Shown here: positions 38,289-47,261 of the stretch, piece by piece
Layout: the number at the start of each line of letters is the position of its first letter
How positions within the stretch are numbered: the first letter of the stretch is position 1
Source of the DNA: an uncultured Gammaproteobacteria bacterium
GTDB taxonomy: Bacteria > Patescibacteriota > Microgenomatia > UBA8517
Reading direction: 5' to 3'
Assembly: GCA_964489145.1 (NCBI GenBank)
Contig: CAZAXL010000002.1
Span: 2,992 to 66,991 of the forward strand
Length of the DNA stretch: 64,000 nucleotides
Notes under the pieces: model-generated
Seen by the model: the letters and a program-made list of their open reading frames with translations, nothing else
What the model was told of the DNA's origin: nothing
The model's database searches: none
Made by a program: the position numbers and the translations under genes

Positions 38289-39569
38289 ATGTTTAAGTCA
38301 ATTGCTCAATTTTTTGTAAAAGCCGCCAAAACCCGTTCTATCAGGAAAAAATTAATTATAACGGGGATAATACTTGTTGTTTTTAGGCTCGCGGCTCACA
38401 TTCCCGCTGCCGGAATTGATAGAGATACTCTTTCGGCACTTTTCTTGGGAAGCCCGCTTTTGTCGCTTCTGGATGTTTTTTCAGGTGGAACTTTAGCCAA
38501 CTTTTCAATTTTGGCTCTGGGATTGAACCCCTACATTAATGCCTCGATTATTTTTCAGCTTTTGGGCTATGTTGTTCCGTCAATTGCTGAACTTCAAAAA
38601 GAGGGCGAATACGGTCAGGAAAAAATAAACCAGTATACCCGTCTTGTAACAATACCCCTGGCAGCTGTTCAAGCATTTGGTATGTATGCCCTTCTTAAGG
38701 GGCAAAATATTATTACAGGATTAAGTCCAATTGATCTTTTTTCCTTGGTTATAACGATGACAGCAGGTACTATCTTTGCTGTTTGGCTCGGGGAACTGAT
38801 TACTGAGTACGGCTTCAAAAACGGAGTCTCTATACTTATTTTTGTCGGTATTATTGCCAGACTCCCCGTGATTCTAAGCCAGTCGGCAAGTATTTTTCAG
38901 TCGCAAGATATTTTCAAAATGATTATATTTTTCGCGGTACTAGTCCTAATCGTCGGCCTTGTTGTCTTTGTTGGCGAAGCGACCCGTCAAATTCCGATAC
39001 ATTATGCAAAAAGAAGAACGGAATCCGGACTCGCGGCATCTTCCTATCTTCCAATAAGACTTAATCAGGCGGGAGTTATCCCTATTATTTTTGCCGTATC
39101 TTTAGTGCTTATACCTTCGATGGTAGGACAATTTTTGTCAAATGCCTCCAACATACAAATTGCCGGCATTGCCAGAACAATGAGTACGGCATTTAGTCCT
39201 CAATCGGTTCTTTATAATGTCGTTTATTTCTTCTTGGTTTTTGGATTTACATATTTTTATACAGCAGTTGTTTTTAACCCTGAAAAAATTTCTGAAGATT
39301 TACAAAAAGGCGGCGGTTTTATTCCGGGAATAAGGCCGGGGAAAGAAACTGAAAAATATCTATCTCACATTCTTTCAAGAATTACCGTTGTGGGAGGAGC
39401 ATTTTTGGGACTTATTGCGGTGCTCCCCTCCCTTTTCCAGAACTTTGTCGGTGCTTCAAATATGGCAATAGGAGGGACAAGTATTTTGATCGTTGTCTCT
39501 GTTGTTCTGGAGATTGTTCGTGAAATAGAAGGTGAACTGGTAATGGAAAGATATGAGGGGTTTATTTAA
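38289..39569 (+). CDS. secY: Preprotein translocase SecY
   Basis: LGLNPYINASII, AGVIPIIFA, IPGIRPG, GGTSILIVV. Confidence 0.98.
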   Translation: MFKSIAQFFVKAAKTRSIRKKLIITGIILVVFRLAAHIPAAGIDRDTLSALFLGSPLLSLLDVFSGGTLANFSILALGLNPYINASIIFQLLGYVVPSIAELQKEGEYGQEKINQYTRLVTIPLAAVQAFGMYALLKGQNIITGLSPIDLFSLVITMTAGTIFAVWLGELITEYGFKNGVSILIFVGIIARLPVILSQSASIFQSQDIFKMIIFFAVLVLIVGLVVFVGEATRQIPIHYAKRRTESGLAASSYLPIRLNQAGVIPIIFAVSLVLIPSMVGQFLSNASNIQIAGIARTMSTAFSPQSVLYNVVYFFLVFGFTYFYTAVVFNPEKISEDLQKGGGFIPGIRPGKETEKYLSHILSRITVVGGAFLGLIAVLPSLFQNFVGASNMAIGGTSILIVVSVVLEIVREIEGELVMERYEGFI

Positions 39570-39570
39570 T

Positions 39571-40227
39571 ATGAATATTGTTTTACTTGGCTCTCCCGCT
39601 TCAGGAAAAGGTACTCAGGCCGAAATTTTGTCTGAAAAGTTTAATCTTTTTCATCTCTCGACGGGAGACGTTGCCAGGAAGCTAGCAGAAACTGACCCGA
39701 GAATTAAAGAAATTATCAATTCGGGAAAATTAATTCCCCCGGAAGAAATAACGATGCATGTGTTGGATTTTTTGGAAGACAAAAAACCCGACCTTAGAGA
39801 CATTCTCTTTGAAGGTTTTCCGAGATTTGTATCTCAATATGAAGCTTTAGACAATTTTCTGAAAAGCAAGGGGGATGACATTGACGTTGTAATTTCTTTA
39901 GAGGTTCCAATGGACATGGCAGTTAAAAGAATTTCAGCAAGGTGGATGTGCAGCGGCTGCGGTGAAATTTTTAATACAGAGTCAAAACCTCCAAAAAGCT
40001 TCGGAGTTTGCGACAAATGCGGTGGCACACTTGTCCAGCGGGATGACGATAAACCTGAAGCAGTCAAAACAAGATTTGAACATTACGTTCAAAATACAAA
40101 AGAGTTAATTGATTATATAGACACCAAAGGGAATCTTACAAAAGTGAACGGAGATCGTCCCATTGAGGAAATCGCGAAAGATTTAGAAGAAATAGTTCGG
40201 AAGGCGAAAGAAAATGATCAAAATTAA
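39571..40227 (+). CDS. adk: Adenylate kinase (Zn-LID type)
   Basis: G.P.SGKGTQ, STGD, GFPR, CxxC..CxxC, QRDDD; ATG at 39571 preferred. Confidence 0.95.
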   Translation: MNIVLLGSPASGKGTQAEILSEKFNLFHLSTGDVARKLAETDPRIKEIINSGKLIPPEEITMHVLDFLEDKKPDLRDILFEGFPRFVSQYEALDNFLKSKGDDIDVVISLEVPMDMAVKRISARWMCSGCGEIFNTESKPPKSFGVCDKCGGTLVQRDDDKPEAVKTRFEHYVQNTKELIDYIDTKGNLTKVNGDRPIEEIAKDLEEIVRKAKENDQN

Positions 40228-40963
40228 ATCTCCAGGAGAAATTCAAATTATAAGTGAGGGGGGTATCAGGCTTGGTAGAATTAAGAAAGCGTTGGCCACT
40301 GCGGTTAAGCCGGGTGTAACGGCTCTTGATATCGAAAACTTGGCGATGAAGTTAATAAAAGAGGAAGGAGTCGAGCCGTCTTTTGATAAAGAACCCAATT
40401 ATTACTGGGCGACATGTATAAATATAAACGAAGGGCTGGTGCACGGAATTCCAACCTCCGATGTTATTTTTAAAAACGGTGACATAGTCAGTATTGATGT
40501 TGGAGTTTATTACAAGGGTTTTCACACAGATACATCTATTACTGTTGGGGTAAGCCCCGCACCGGAAGTTAAAAAATTTTTAGGTACGGGAGAACTGGCT
40601 TTGCAAAAAGCCCTAAAAGAAGTTAAAGAAGGCAACTATATTTATGATATTTCGAATGCAATACAGCAAGTTGTTGAGGGTGCGGGATATTCAACCATAA
40701 AAGCGCTTGTCGGACATGGGGTAGGACGCAAACTCCACGAGGATCCGCAAATTCCATGTTTTGTACCCGAAAGGGTTGAGGACAGTCCTATAATCAAAAA
40801 GGGAATGGTACTGGCAGTTGAAGTGATGTACGCAGCGGGATCCGACAAAGTTGAGATCTTGGAAGACGGATGGACAATTGCCATGCGTGATGGTAAAATA
40901 TCAGGACTTTTCGAGGATACAGTTGCCGTAACGGAAAAAGGAGCACAAGTTTTAACGAGATGA
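40214..40963 (+). CDS. map: Methionine aminopeptidase type I
   Basis: VHGIP, D.G...GFHTD, GHGVG..LHEDP. Confidence 0.96.
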   Translation: MIKIKSPGEIQIISEGGIRLGRIKKALATAVKPGVTALDIENLAMKLIKEEGVEPSFDKEPNYYWATCININEGLVHGIPTSDVIFKNGDIVSIDVGVYYKGFHTDTSITVGVSPAPEVKKFLGTGELALQKALKEVKEGNYIYDISNAIQQVVEGAGYSTIKALVGHGVGRKLHEDPQIPCFVPERVEDSPIIKKGMVLAVEVMYAAGSDKVEILEDGWTIAMRDGKISGLFEDTVAVTEKGAQVLTR

Positions 40964-41175
40964 AAACCAAGAATGTAGTTGAGGTAGATGGTGCAGTGTC
41001 TGCCGCCCTTCCCAACACAATGTTCAGAGTTGAGCTTGTGGATGGCAAAGTCATTTTGGCAACATTGACCGGGAGAATGCGCAGGAATTACACAAGAGTT
41101 TTTCCGGGAGATAGGGTAAAAGTCGAAATGACACCTTACGACGAAGGTAGAGGCCGAATAGTATATAAATATTAA
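40960..41175 (+). CDS. infA: Translation initiation factor IF-1
   Basis: LPN.MFRVEL, GD.V.VEMTPYD..RGRI. Confidence 0.97.
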   Translation: MKTKNVVEVDGAVSAALPNTMFRVELVDGKVILATLTGRMRRNYTRVFPGDRVKVEMTPYDEGRGRIVYKY

Positions 41176-41186
41176 TACTAAAATAT

Positions 41187-41300
41187 ATGAAAGTTTTAAG
41201 TTCGATAAAAGCCAGATGTAAGGACTGTAAGATTGTTAGGCGCAAAGGCGTTTTATACGTCATTTGCAAAAATCCCAGGCATAAGCAGCGTCAGGGATGA
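41187..41300 (+). CDS. rpmJ: 50S ribosomal protein L36 (not in the ORF track, 37 aa)
   Basis: Manual translation [37 protein letters not shown]. Confidence 0.97.
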   Translation: MKVLSSIKARCKDCKIVRRKGVLYVICKNPRHKQRQG

Positions 41301-41338
41301 CGAAAACAAGCCAGGATTAATTTCCTATTTATTAAAAC

Positions 41339-41749
41339 ATGACAAGAATTGCCGGCATTGATTTACAAGATAACTGGAAAGCAGATTATGCTCTAACTAA
41401 AATTAGAGGGTTAGGCTGGACTTTGTCCGAAAAAATCTTAAAAGATTGTGGTATCGATATCAAAAAAAGGGTGTCGGATTTGTCCAGTGAAGAAATTTCA
41501 AAAATAAATGCGGAACTTGAAAAATATCAAATAGAAGGCGATATAGCCAGAGTAGTCAGGGAAAACATTCAAAGACTGCAAATAATCGGTTCGTATCGTG
41601 GTATGAGGCATGCGAGAGGTCTTCCGGCGAGAGGTCAGAGAACAAGAACAAACGCCCGTACAAAACGAGGAAAAAGAAAGACGGTGGGAGCCTTTAAGAA
41701 AGAAATGCTGTCCAAGATGAATACAAACAAAGACGAAAAAGCAAAATAA
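41339..41749 (+). CDS. rpsM: 30S ribosomal protein S13
   Basis: RIAGID, YRGMRH..GLP.RGQRTRTNARTKRG. Confidence 0.98.
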   Translation: MTRIAGIDLQDNWKADYALTKIRGLGWTLSEKILKDCGIDIKKRVSDLSSEEISKINAELEKYQIEGDIARVVRENIQRLQIIGSYRGMRHARGLPARGQRTRTNARTKRGKRKTVGAFKKEMLSKMNTNKDEKAK

Positions 41750-41753
41750 TCAT

Positions 41754-42137
41754 ATGACAACTAAAGCTAAAAAAACAATCAATAAGGAAGTCGGTTTGGG
41801 TAGAGTTTATATTTCCGCTTCCTTTAACAACACCTTGGTAACCGTCACAAATACCCAAGGAGAGACTTTAGCCTGGGGGTCCTCAGGAGCGTCCGGGTTT
41901 AAAGGTACAAGGCGCGCAACACCATTTGCCGCAACAAGTGCGGTTGAAAAAGTGATAAATAAGGTTAAAGATGTGAATGGGGTTAGCGAAGTTGAAATTT
42001 ATGTTAAAGGTCCCGGTGCGGGACGTGATGCAGCTTTAAGAGCTATAAAGGCTACGGGAGTTAAAATTTCCTTGATTGCAGATATTACACCGGTTCCACA
42101 TAACGGACCAAGACCGAAGAAGAAACGTAGGGTTTAA
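41754..42137 (+). CDS. rpsK: 30S ribosomal protein S11
   Basis: SFNNT, TPFAA, GPGAGR, DITPVPHNG. Confidence 0.98.
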   Translation: MTTKAKKTINKEVGLGRVYISASFNNTLVTVTNTQGETLAWGSSGASGFKGTRRATPFAATSAVEKVINKVKDVNGVSEVEIYVKGPGAGRDAALRAIKATGVKISLIADITPVPHNGPRPKKKRRV

Positions 42138-42150
42138 AATTTAAAAATAT

Positions 42151-42750
42151 ATGGCAAAATACGTCGGACCAAAAGACAGATTAAGCAGGCGCGAAGCATT
42201 TGATATTTTCAGTGCAGGCGCGAAGTTAACGAGACTTAATGTTCCTCCTGGAGTTCATGGACCAAAGGGAACAGGGGGCTCTTCTCAATATGGTAAACAA
42301 CTTCGTGAGAAACAAAAGGTTAAGAGAATTTATGGCATTTTGGAGAAGCAGTTTAGAAGATACGTCAATGAAGCCTCTAAATCCAGAGGAAATACCGGAG
42401 AGGCACTCTTGGTTAGCCTTGAAAGACGTCTCGATAATACCGTTTTTAGATTGGGCTTTACTCCCAGTAGGCCGGCAGCCAGACAAATCGTTTCTCATAG
42501 GCATGTTTTAGTGAATGGCCAGAAAGTAAATATACCTTCATTTAGCTTGAAGGTTGGAGATGTTGTTACACTGGATGCCAAAGCCTCAAGTATACCTGAG
42601 GTTAAAAATGCTTTTGATCAAAAAGACCTAAAAGTCCCGTCCTGGCTTGAAAGAAAGGCACTTGTCGGCAAGGTTTCATCGTACCCGAAGCGTGAGGATA
42701 TAACTGAGTCGATAAGCGAGCAGGATATAGTTGAGTTCTATTCCAGATAA
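42151..42750 (+). CDS. rpsD: 30S ribosomal protein S4
   Basis: QLREKQK, LERRLDN, ARQ.VSH, VEFYSR. Confidence 0.98.
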   Translation: MAKYVGPKDRLSRREAFDIFSAGAKLTRLNVPPGVHGPKGTGGSSQYGKQLREKQKVKRIYGILEKQFRRYVNEASKSRGNTGEALLVSLERRLDNTVFRLGFTPSRPAARQIVSHRHVLVNGQKVNIPSFSLKVGDVVTLDAKASSIPEVKNAFDQKDLKVPSWLERKALVGKVSSYPKREDITESISEQDIVEFYSR

Positions 42751-42907
42751 GCGAAGCTTGACTGGAAATGAATTTGATGAATACTCGAGGTAACACCGAG
42801 AGATGAGTCTGACGAATATTCCAATAAGCCTGGAAAGGAGTATGGTGACTATTCCAGGTAATTCCAGAGAGGGGCAGTGTCCCATTCAATGGGTCCAGAA
42901 GATCGTG

Positions 42908-42936
42908 TTGAAATCAGCTTGAGGGTAGGATATAAT
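42908..42936 (+). promoter_or_regulatory. Internal sigma70 promoter for rpoA (TTGAAA-17-TATAAT)
   Basis: Boxes at 42908-42913 and 42931-42936; the -10 is flanked by inverted repeat GTAGG/CCTAC. Confidence 0.65.
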
Positions 42937-42961
42937 ACCTACATTCGTTATAACGATAAAT

Positions 42962-43879
42962 ATGAACGAACCAACTTTTGAAATAAAGGAAGAAAAGAAA
43001 GAAACCAATTACGGCAGATTTGCCATCACCCCCCTCGAACAGGGATATGGGCTTACTATTGGCAATGCATTAAGAAGGGTTCTTTTAGTGTCTCTTCAGG
43101 GCATGGCAATCACCTCCGTCAAAATTGCCGGCGTTAAGCATCAATTTTCTACTTTGTCAGGAATGAAGGAGGATACAGTCGAATTCATCCTTAACCTCAA
43201 AAAAGTCAGATTCTCGGGAAGCACAGATAAATCAGTTAAGGCAACTTTGGAAGTGAACAAAGCCGGCGAATTTACAGCCAAGGAAATTAAAGTTGGCGGG
43301 GGAATCGAAGTTGCAAACCCCGATCTTGTTTTAGGCACTCTTAATAAAGGCTCAAAACTTTCAGCCGAAATAACAATTGAAAGCGGTTTTGGTTTTTCGC
43401 CCGCAGAGGATAGGCCATCTGACACGATCGGCCTTATCCCGGTTGACGCATCTTTTTCGCCCGTAAAAAGAGTAAGTTATAAAATTGAAGAAACTCGTGT
43501 CGGTAGACTGACAAATTACGATAAACTTATTTTGGAAATTTGGACCGATGGGACAATTGAAGCTGGCAGTGCAATTACAGATTCGGCAAAAACATTGATG
43601 AGTTACTTTGCCCAAATCGTTAATCCTAGAGTAGTAGAAAAACAAGAAGAAGCCCCCAAGGATGAGTTGGGACTCACCGGTAAACTTTCAGTTGAAGAGA
43701 TTGGACTTCCAACAAGAGTAGCCAATGCTTTGATTAAGGCAGGTTTTGAAACAGTTGAACAGCTTGCTCATGCAAAGAAAGAAGATTTGGTAAAAGTCAG
43801 AAACCTCGGTGAAAAATCCCTCAAAATTGTAGCTGCAGCACTCGGAACAAAAGGTGTCGAGTTCCTCGCAATTAAGTAA
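42962..43879 (+). CDS. rpoA: RNA polymerase alpha subunit
   Basis: PLEQGYG.TIGNALRR, DASFSPV, alpha-CTD RNLGEKS. Confidence 0.98.
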   Translation: MNEPTFEIKEEKKETNYGRFAITPLEQGYGLTIGNALRRVLLVSLQGMAITSVKIAGVKHQFSTLSGMKEDTVEFILNLKKVRFSGSTDKSVKATLEVNKAGEFTAKEIKVGGGIEVANPDLVLGTLNKGSKLSAEITIESGFGFSPAEDRPSDTIGLIPVDASFSPVKRVSYKIEETRVGRLTNYDKLILEIWTDGTIEAGSAITDSAKTLMSYFAQIVNPRVVEKQEEAPKDELGLTGKLSVEEIGLPTRVANALIKAGFETVEQLAHAKKEDLVKVRNLGEKSLKIVAAALGTKGVEFLAIK

Positions 43880-43884
43880 AACCT

Positions 43885-44346
43885 ATGAACAAGAAAGTGT
43901 TCGGAAGAAAACTTTCCCGATCTCGTCCGGCTAGAGAAGCCCTGTTTGCCTCTTTAGCGAAGGCCTTGATCATGAATGGGAAAATAGTAACCACCCGTGC
44001 AAAAGCAAAGGCGGTTATAGGGAGCGTGGAAAAAATGGTAACTCTTTCTAAAAAGGGAAACCTTGCATCAAGGAGAAAAGTTTTGGGAAAGTTGGACAAC
44101 AAAAGAGAAGCAACGGAAGTTCTTTTTAAAAACATTGCCAAAGCTTTTTCTGGGAAAAACTCAGGTTTTGTAAGGTCGATTTCTCTTCCAAGAAGAGTTG
44201 GGGATAATGCACAAATGGTAAGATTGGAATGGACAGAGAAGATCGAATACGACGCAAAATTGAAAGAGGAAAAAAAGTCTAAGAAAGCAGAAAAAAAAGA
44301 GGAAAAGAAAGAAACTAAAAAAGTCATCAAAAAAGAAGAAAAATGA
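43885..44346 (+). CDS. rplQ: 50S ribosomal protein L17
   Basis: RKLSR, I.TT.AKAK, R.GDNA. Confidence 0.96.
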   Translation: MNKKVFGRKLSRSRPAREALFASLAKALIMNGKIVTTRAKAKAVIGSVEKMVTLSKKGNLASRRKVLGKLDNKREATEVLFKNIAKAFSGKNSGFVRSISLPRRVGDNAQMVRLEWTEKIEYDAKLKEEKKSKKAEKKEEKKETKKVIKKEEK

Positions 44347-44765
44347 AAACATTTCAACCGACACCAAAAGATATTAAAAGAAAATGGCATTTAGTTGATG
44401 CCAAAGACGAAATCCTGGGAAGACTTGCAACTAAAGTCGCAGAATTTTTGACCGGTAAGGGAAAAACAACGTTTAGCCGCCATATGGATACGGGGGATTA
44501 TGTTGTTGTAATTAATGCAGAAAAAATAATGGTTTCCGGCAGGAAAGCATCACAGAAAGTTTACAGAACTCATTCGGGTTATCCCTCAGGATTTAAAGAA
44601 AAATCCTATGACATGGTAATGAGATCACATCCTGAAAGAATAATCGAGCACGCGGTTTCCGGCATGATCCCCGATAATCGTTTAAAAAGTGATAGGATGT
44701 TAAGACTTAAGGTAGTAGTCGGAGATAAAAACCCATATGAGGCAGAATTTAACAAACAAAAATGA
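44343..44765 (+). CDS. rplM: 50S ribosomal protein L13
   Basis: W.LVDA...LGRLA, D.GDYVVVINA, HSGYP.G. Confidence 0.98.
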   Translation: MKTFQPTPKDIKRKWHLVDAKDEILGRLATKVAEFLTGKGKTTFSRHMDTGDYVVVINAEKIMVSGRKASQKVYRTHSGYPSGFKEKSYDMVMRSHPERIIEHAVSGMIPDNRLKSDRMLRLKVVVGDKNPYEAEFNKQK

Positions 44766-45172
44766 CAAAAATTAAAAAAATTGGTTACATATTTGCAATC
44801 GGGAGAAGGAAAGAAAGCTCCGCCCGCATCAGGCTCTATCGTGGAAAAGGGGAAAACACAGTCAATGGAATGTCTGCCTCAAAGTATTTTCCGGGAGAGC
44901 TCAATGCAAAAGTAATTGCTAAACCATTTGGAGCTACAGAGACATCCGACAAATATTATTTTTCGGCAAAGGTTGCAGGGGGCGGAAAAGAAGGACAGCT
45001 GAATGCCCTTACTTTGGGAATTTCCAGAGGTCTTGTAAAAGTTGCGCCTGATAAAAATAAAATTATTTTGAAGAAATTGAATCTTTTAACCAGAGACTCC
45101 AGGGAGAGACAAAGAAGGATGGTTGGTAAGGGCGGAAAAGCCAGACGCGCCAAGCAAAGTCCGAAGCGTTAA
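44762..45172 (+). CDS. rpsI: 30S ribosomal protein S9
   Basis: GRRK.S.AR, GGG..GQ, LTRD.R, KAR.A.Q..KR. Confidence 0.97.
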   Translation: MTKIKKIGYIFAIGRRKESSARIRLYRGKGENTVNGMSASKYFPGELNAKVIAKPFGATETSDKYYFSAKVAGGGKEGQLNALTLGISRGLVKVAPDKNKIILKKLNLLTRDSRERQRRMVGKGGKARRAKQSPKR

Positions 45173-45185
45173 AAAACAGTTGAAA

Positions 45186-45205
45186 TTCTGAGCGCTGTCG
45201 GAGGA
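45186..45205 (+). repeat. REP-like TTCTGAGCGCTGTCGGAGGA element (degenerate copy)
   Basis: Similar to 38171-38191; lies just after rpsI. Confidence 0.5.
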
Positions 45206-45292
45206 CAATTTCCAAAAAAAATAAGCTTCTATACTAAACACGGCTTGCCTCTCGGTATTTTTAATACCTCGTGGTAAAATGGCTTTGAATTA

Positions 45293-45363
45293 CGGGGTGT
45301 AGTTCACCGGTAGAATAGGCGCATGGGGTGCGTCTGAACTCGGTCCAATTCCGAGCACCCCGA
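45293..45363 (+). tRNA. tRNA-Pro (anticodon GGG), no encoded CCA
   Basis: Acceptor CGGGGTG/CACCCCG, D arm GTTC/GAAT, anticodon stem GGCGC/GCGTC with loop ATGGGGT, T arm CTCGG-TCCAATT-CCGAG. Confidence 0.92.
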
Positions 45364-45420
45364 CTAGAATCAATTTTCCCCATTGAATTATTTTAACCGC
45401 CGTTGTAAAAGATAGAGACA

Positions 45421-46503
45421 ATGCCAAAATCAAAAAAACCTGAAATTGAAGCTCCGGTTAAGCAGGAAGGAAGCTCCGCAAAACTTCAAGCGATAAGGCT
45501 TGCGATGGATCAGATTGAAAAACAATATGGAAAAGGATCCATTATGCGTTTAGGTGGGGATTCCGGCGAAAAATACAAGATTGACGTAATTTCCACGGGT
45601 TCATTGGCGGTTGATTTGGCACTGGGTGTTGGAGGGCTTCCCAGAGGCCGTATAGTCGAAATCTACGGGCCTGAAGCCTCAGGGAAGACCACTCTAGCCC
45701 TTTCTGTTGTTGCTGAGGCTCAGAAGCACGGTGGACAGTGTGCGTTTGTAGACGCCGAGCACGCGCTTGACCCTGTCCGTGCCGAAATACTTGGAGTTGA
45801 CCTTGACAACCTTCTTATGTCTCAGCCCGACACAGGTGAGCAAGCTTTGGAAATTACGGAAACTTTAATCAGATCCGGTGCAATCGACGTTGTAGTAGTT
45901 GATTCTGTTGCAGCCCTTGTACCGAGGGCGGAACTTGAAGGGGAAATGGGAGATGCTGTCATGGGAATGCAGGCTCGCCTTATGTCTCAAGCGTTAAGAA
46001 AACTAACAGGGGCAATTTCCAAAAGTAAAACCGTTCTAATATTTACCAACCAGCTTAGACAAAAAATCGGAGTTATGTTTGGTAATCCGGAAACAACTCC
46101 GGGAGGATTGGCTCTTAAATTCTATTCATCCGTGAGAATTGATCTTAGAAGAATAGAGGTTCTTAAAGATGGGGAGAAAGTGATCGGTTCAAGACATCGT
46201 GCTCGCATTGTCAAAAACAAAGTCGCACCCCCGCTTCGCGTTGCCGAGTTTGACATAATGGAGTCTGAAGGAATCAGTAGAGGCGGAGGAATTTTGGATG
46301 TGGGACTTGAACTTGGGATTATTGGTAAAAGCGGTTCATTCTTTAATTATGAAGACAAACCCATCGCTCAAGGTAAGGAAGCCGCCAAACTTTATTTGAG
46401 AGATAACCCCAAGATTGCGGACGAAATCGACAAAAAAATCCGCGATATAGTAGCTTCAGGGAAAAAACTGCCAAAAGAAATTGGAGAAGAAAAGGAAGAC
46501 TGA
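45421..46503 (+). CDS. recA: Recombinase RecA
   Basis: [30 protein letters not shown]. Confidence 0.99.
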   Translation: MPKSKKPEIEAPVKQEGSSAKLQAIRLAMDQIEKQYGKGSIMRLGGDSGEKYKIDVISTGSLAVDLALGVGGLPRGRIVEIYGPEASGKTTLALSVVAEAQKHGGQCAFVDAEHALDPVRAEILGVDLDNLLMSQPDTGEQALEITETLIRSGAIDVVVVDSVAALVPRAELEGEMGDAVMGMQARLMSQALRKLTGAISKSKTVLIFTNQLRQKIGVMFGNPETTPGGLALKFYSSVRIDLRRIEVLKDGEKVIGSRHRARIVKNKVAPPLRVAEFDIMESEGISRGGGILDVGLELGIIGKSGSFFNYEDKPIAQGKEAAKLYLRDNPKIADEIDKKIRDIVASGKKLPKEIGEEKED

Positions 46504-46514
46504 TCTTTCGGCAT

Positions 46515-47126
46515 ATGCCAACTGTTACCCTGCTTAAGCCTCAAAAAAACGGCAAAAGAGTCAACGTCTATCTTGACGGAGTCTTCAGTTTCGGAATTGA
46601 TCTTGATAATCTTGTTTTATCTCATATTAAAATAGGCACGGAGTTGACGGACGACGAAGTTAAAAAAATAATCAGGAAAGCTGAATTTCAAAAAACCCTA
46701 GACAAACTTCTCAGATTTACGATGCTCAGGCCCAGAAGCGAAAAGGAGATAAACAACTACTTGAAAAGGAAAAAAGTTCATGAAAGTTTACACGAGAGTT
46801 TATTTGAAAAATTAAAACATCTTGAGCTTTTGGATGATGTTAAGTTTGCAAAATGGTGGGTTGAACAAAGACTGGCTTTCAAGAAGATCTCTGTCAAAGT
46901 TTTGAAACTGGAACTTGGCGGTAAGGGAATCAGCAGAAATGTTATTGATGATATTTTGGAAGAAGCTCCAATTGACGAGGAAAAAATGGCAAGAGAACTT
47001 TTGGAAAAAAGAGCCTATAAATGGGATAAAATGGACTCTAAAATTGCCAAACAAAAAAAGTTTCAATATTTGGCAGGAAAGGGATTCAGTTGGGATGTCA
47101 TTGAAAAAGTGGTTATAAAAAGATAA
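46515..47126 (+). CDS. recX: Regulatory protein RecX
   Basis: RPRSEKE, LLDD..FA..W, L..KGI, YL..KGF; immediately after recA. Confidence 0.92.
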   Translation: MPTVTLLKPQKNGKRVNVYLDGVFSFGIDLDNLVLSHIKIGTELTDDEVKKIIRKAEFQKTLDKLLRFTMLRPRSEKEINNYLKRKKVHESLHESLFEKLKHLELLDDVKFAKWWVEQRLAFKKISVKVLKLELGGKGISRNVIDDILEEAPIDEEKMARELLEKRAYKWDKMDSKIAKQKKFQYLAGKGFSWDVIEKVVIKR

Positions 47127-47133
47127 CCGTAGC

Positions 47134-47162
47134 TTGCCACTCCCAGGACCTCGTGGTAAAAT
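47134..47162 (+). promoter_or_regulatory. Sigma70 promoter for rny (TTGCCA-17-TAAAAT, extended -10)
   Basis: TTGCCA..CGTGGTAAAAT; shares ACCTCGTGGTAAAAT with the tRNA-Pro upstream region. Confidence 0.55.
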
Positions 47163-47261
47163 ATACCCAGAGTCAAAGATATGAGCAAGAAAGCAATAAA
47201 TACGGCTTCTTCGTTCGTTATACACCTTGTCTAAGGTGTATTCTTCTTTGTCTCGCAAAAT

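Noticed and set aside
42739-42870. Possible CRISPR array in the rpsD-rpoA spacer
   Set aside because: The repeats are short and degenerate, have no unique spacers of typical length, and there are no cas genes in the window
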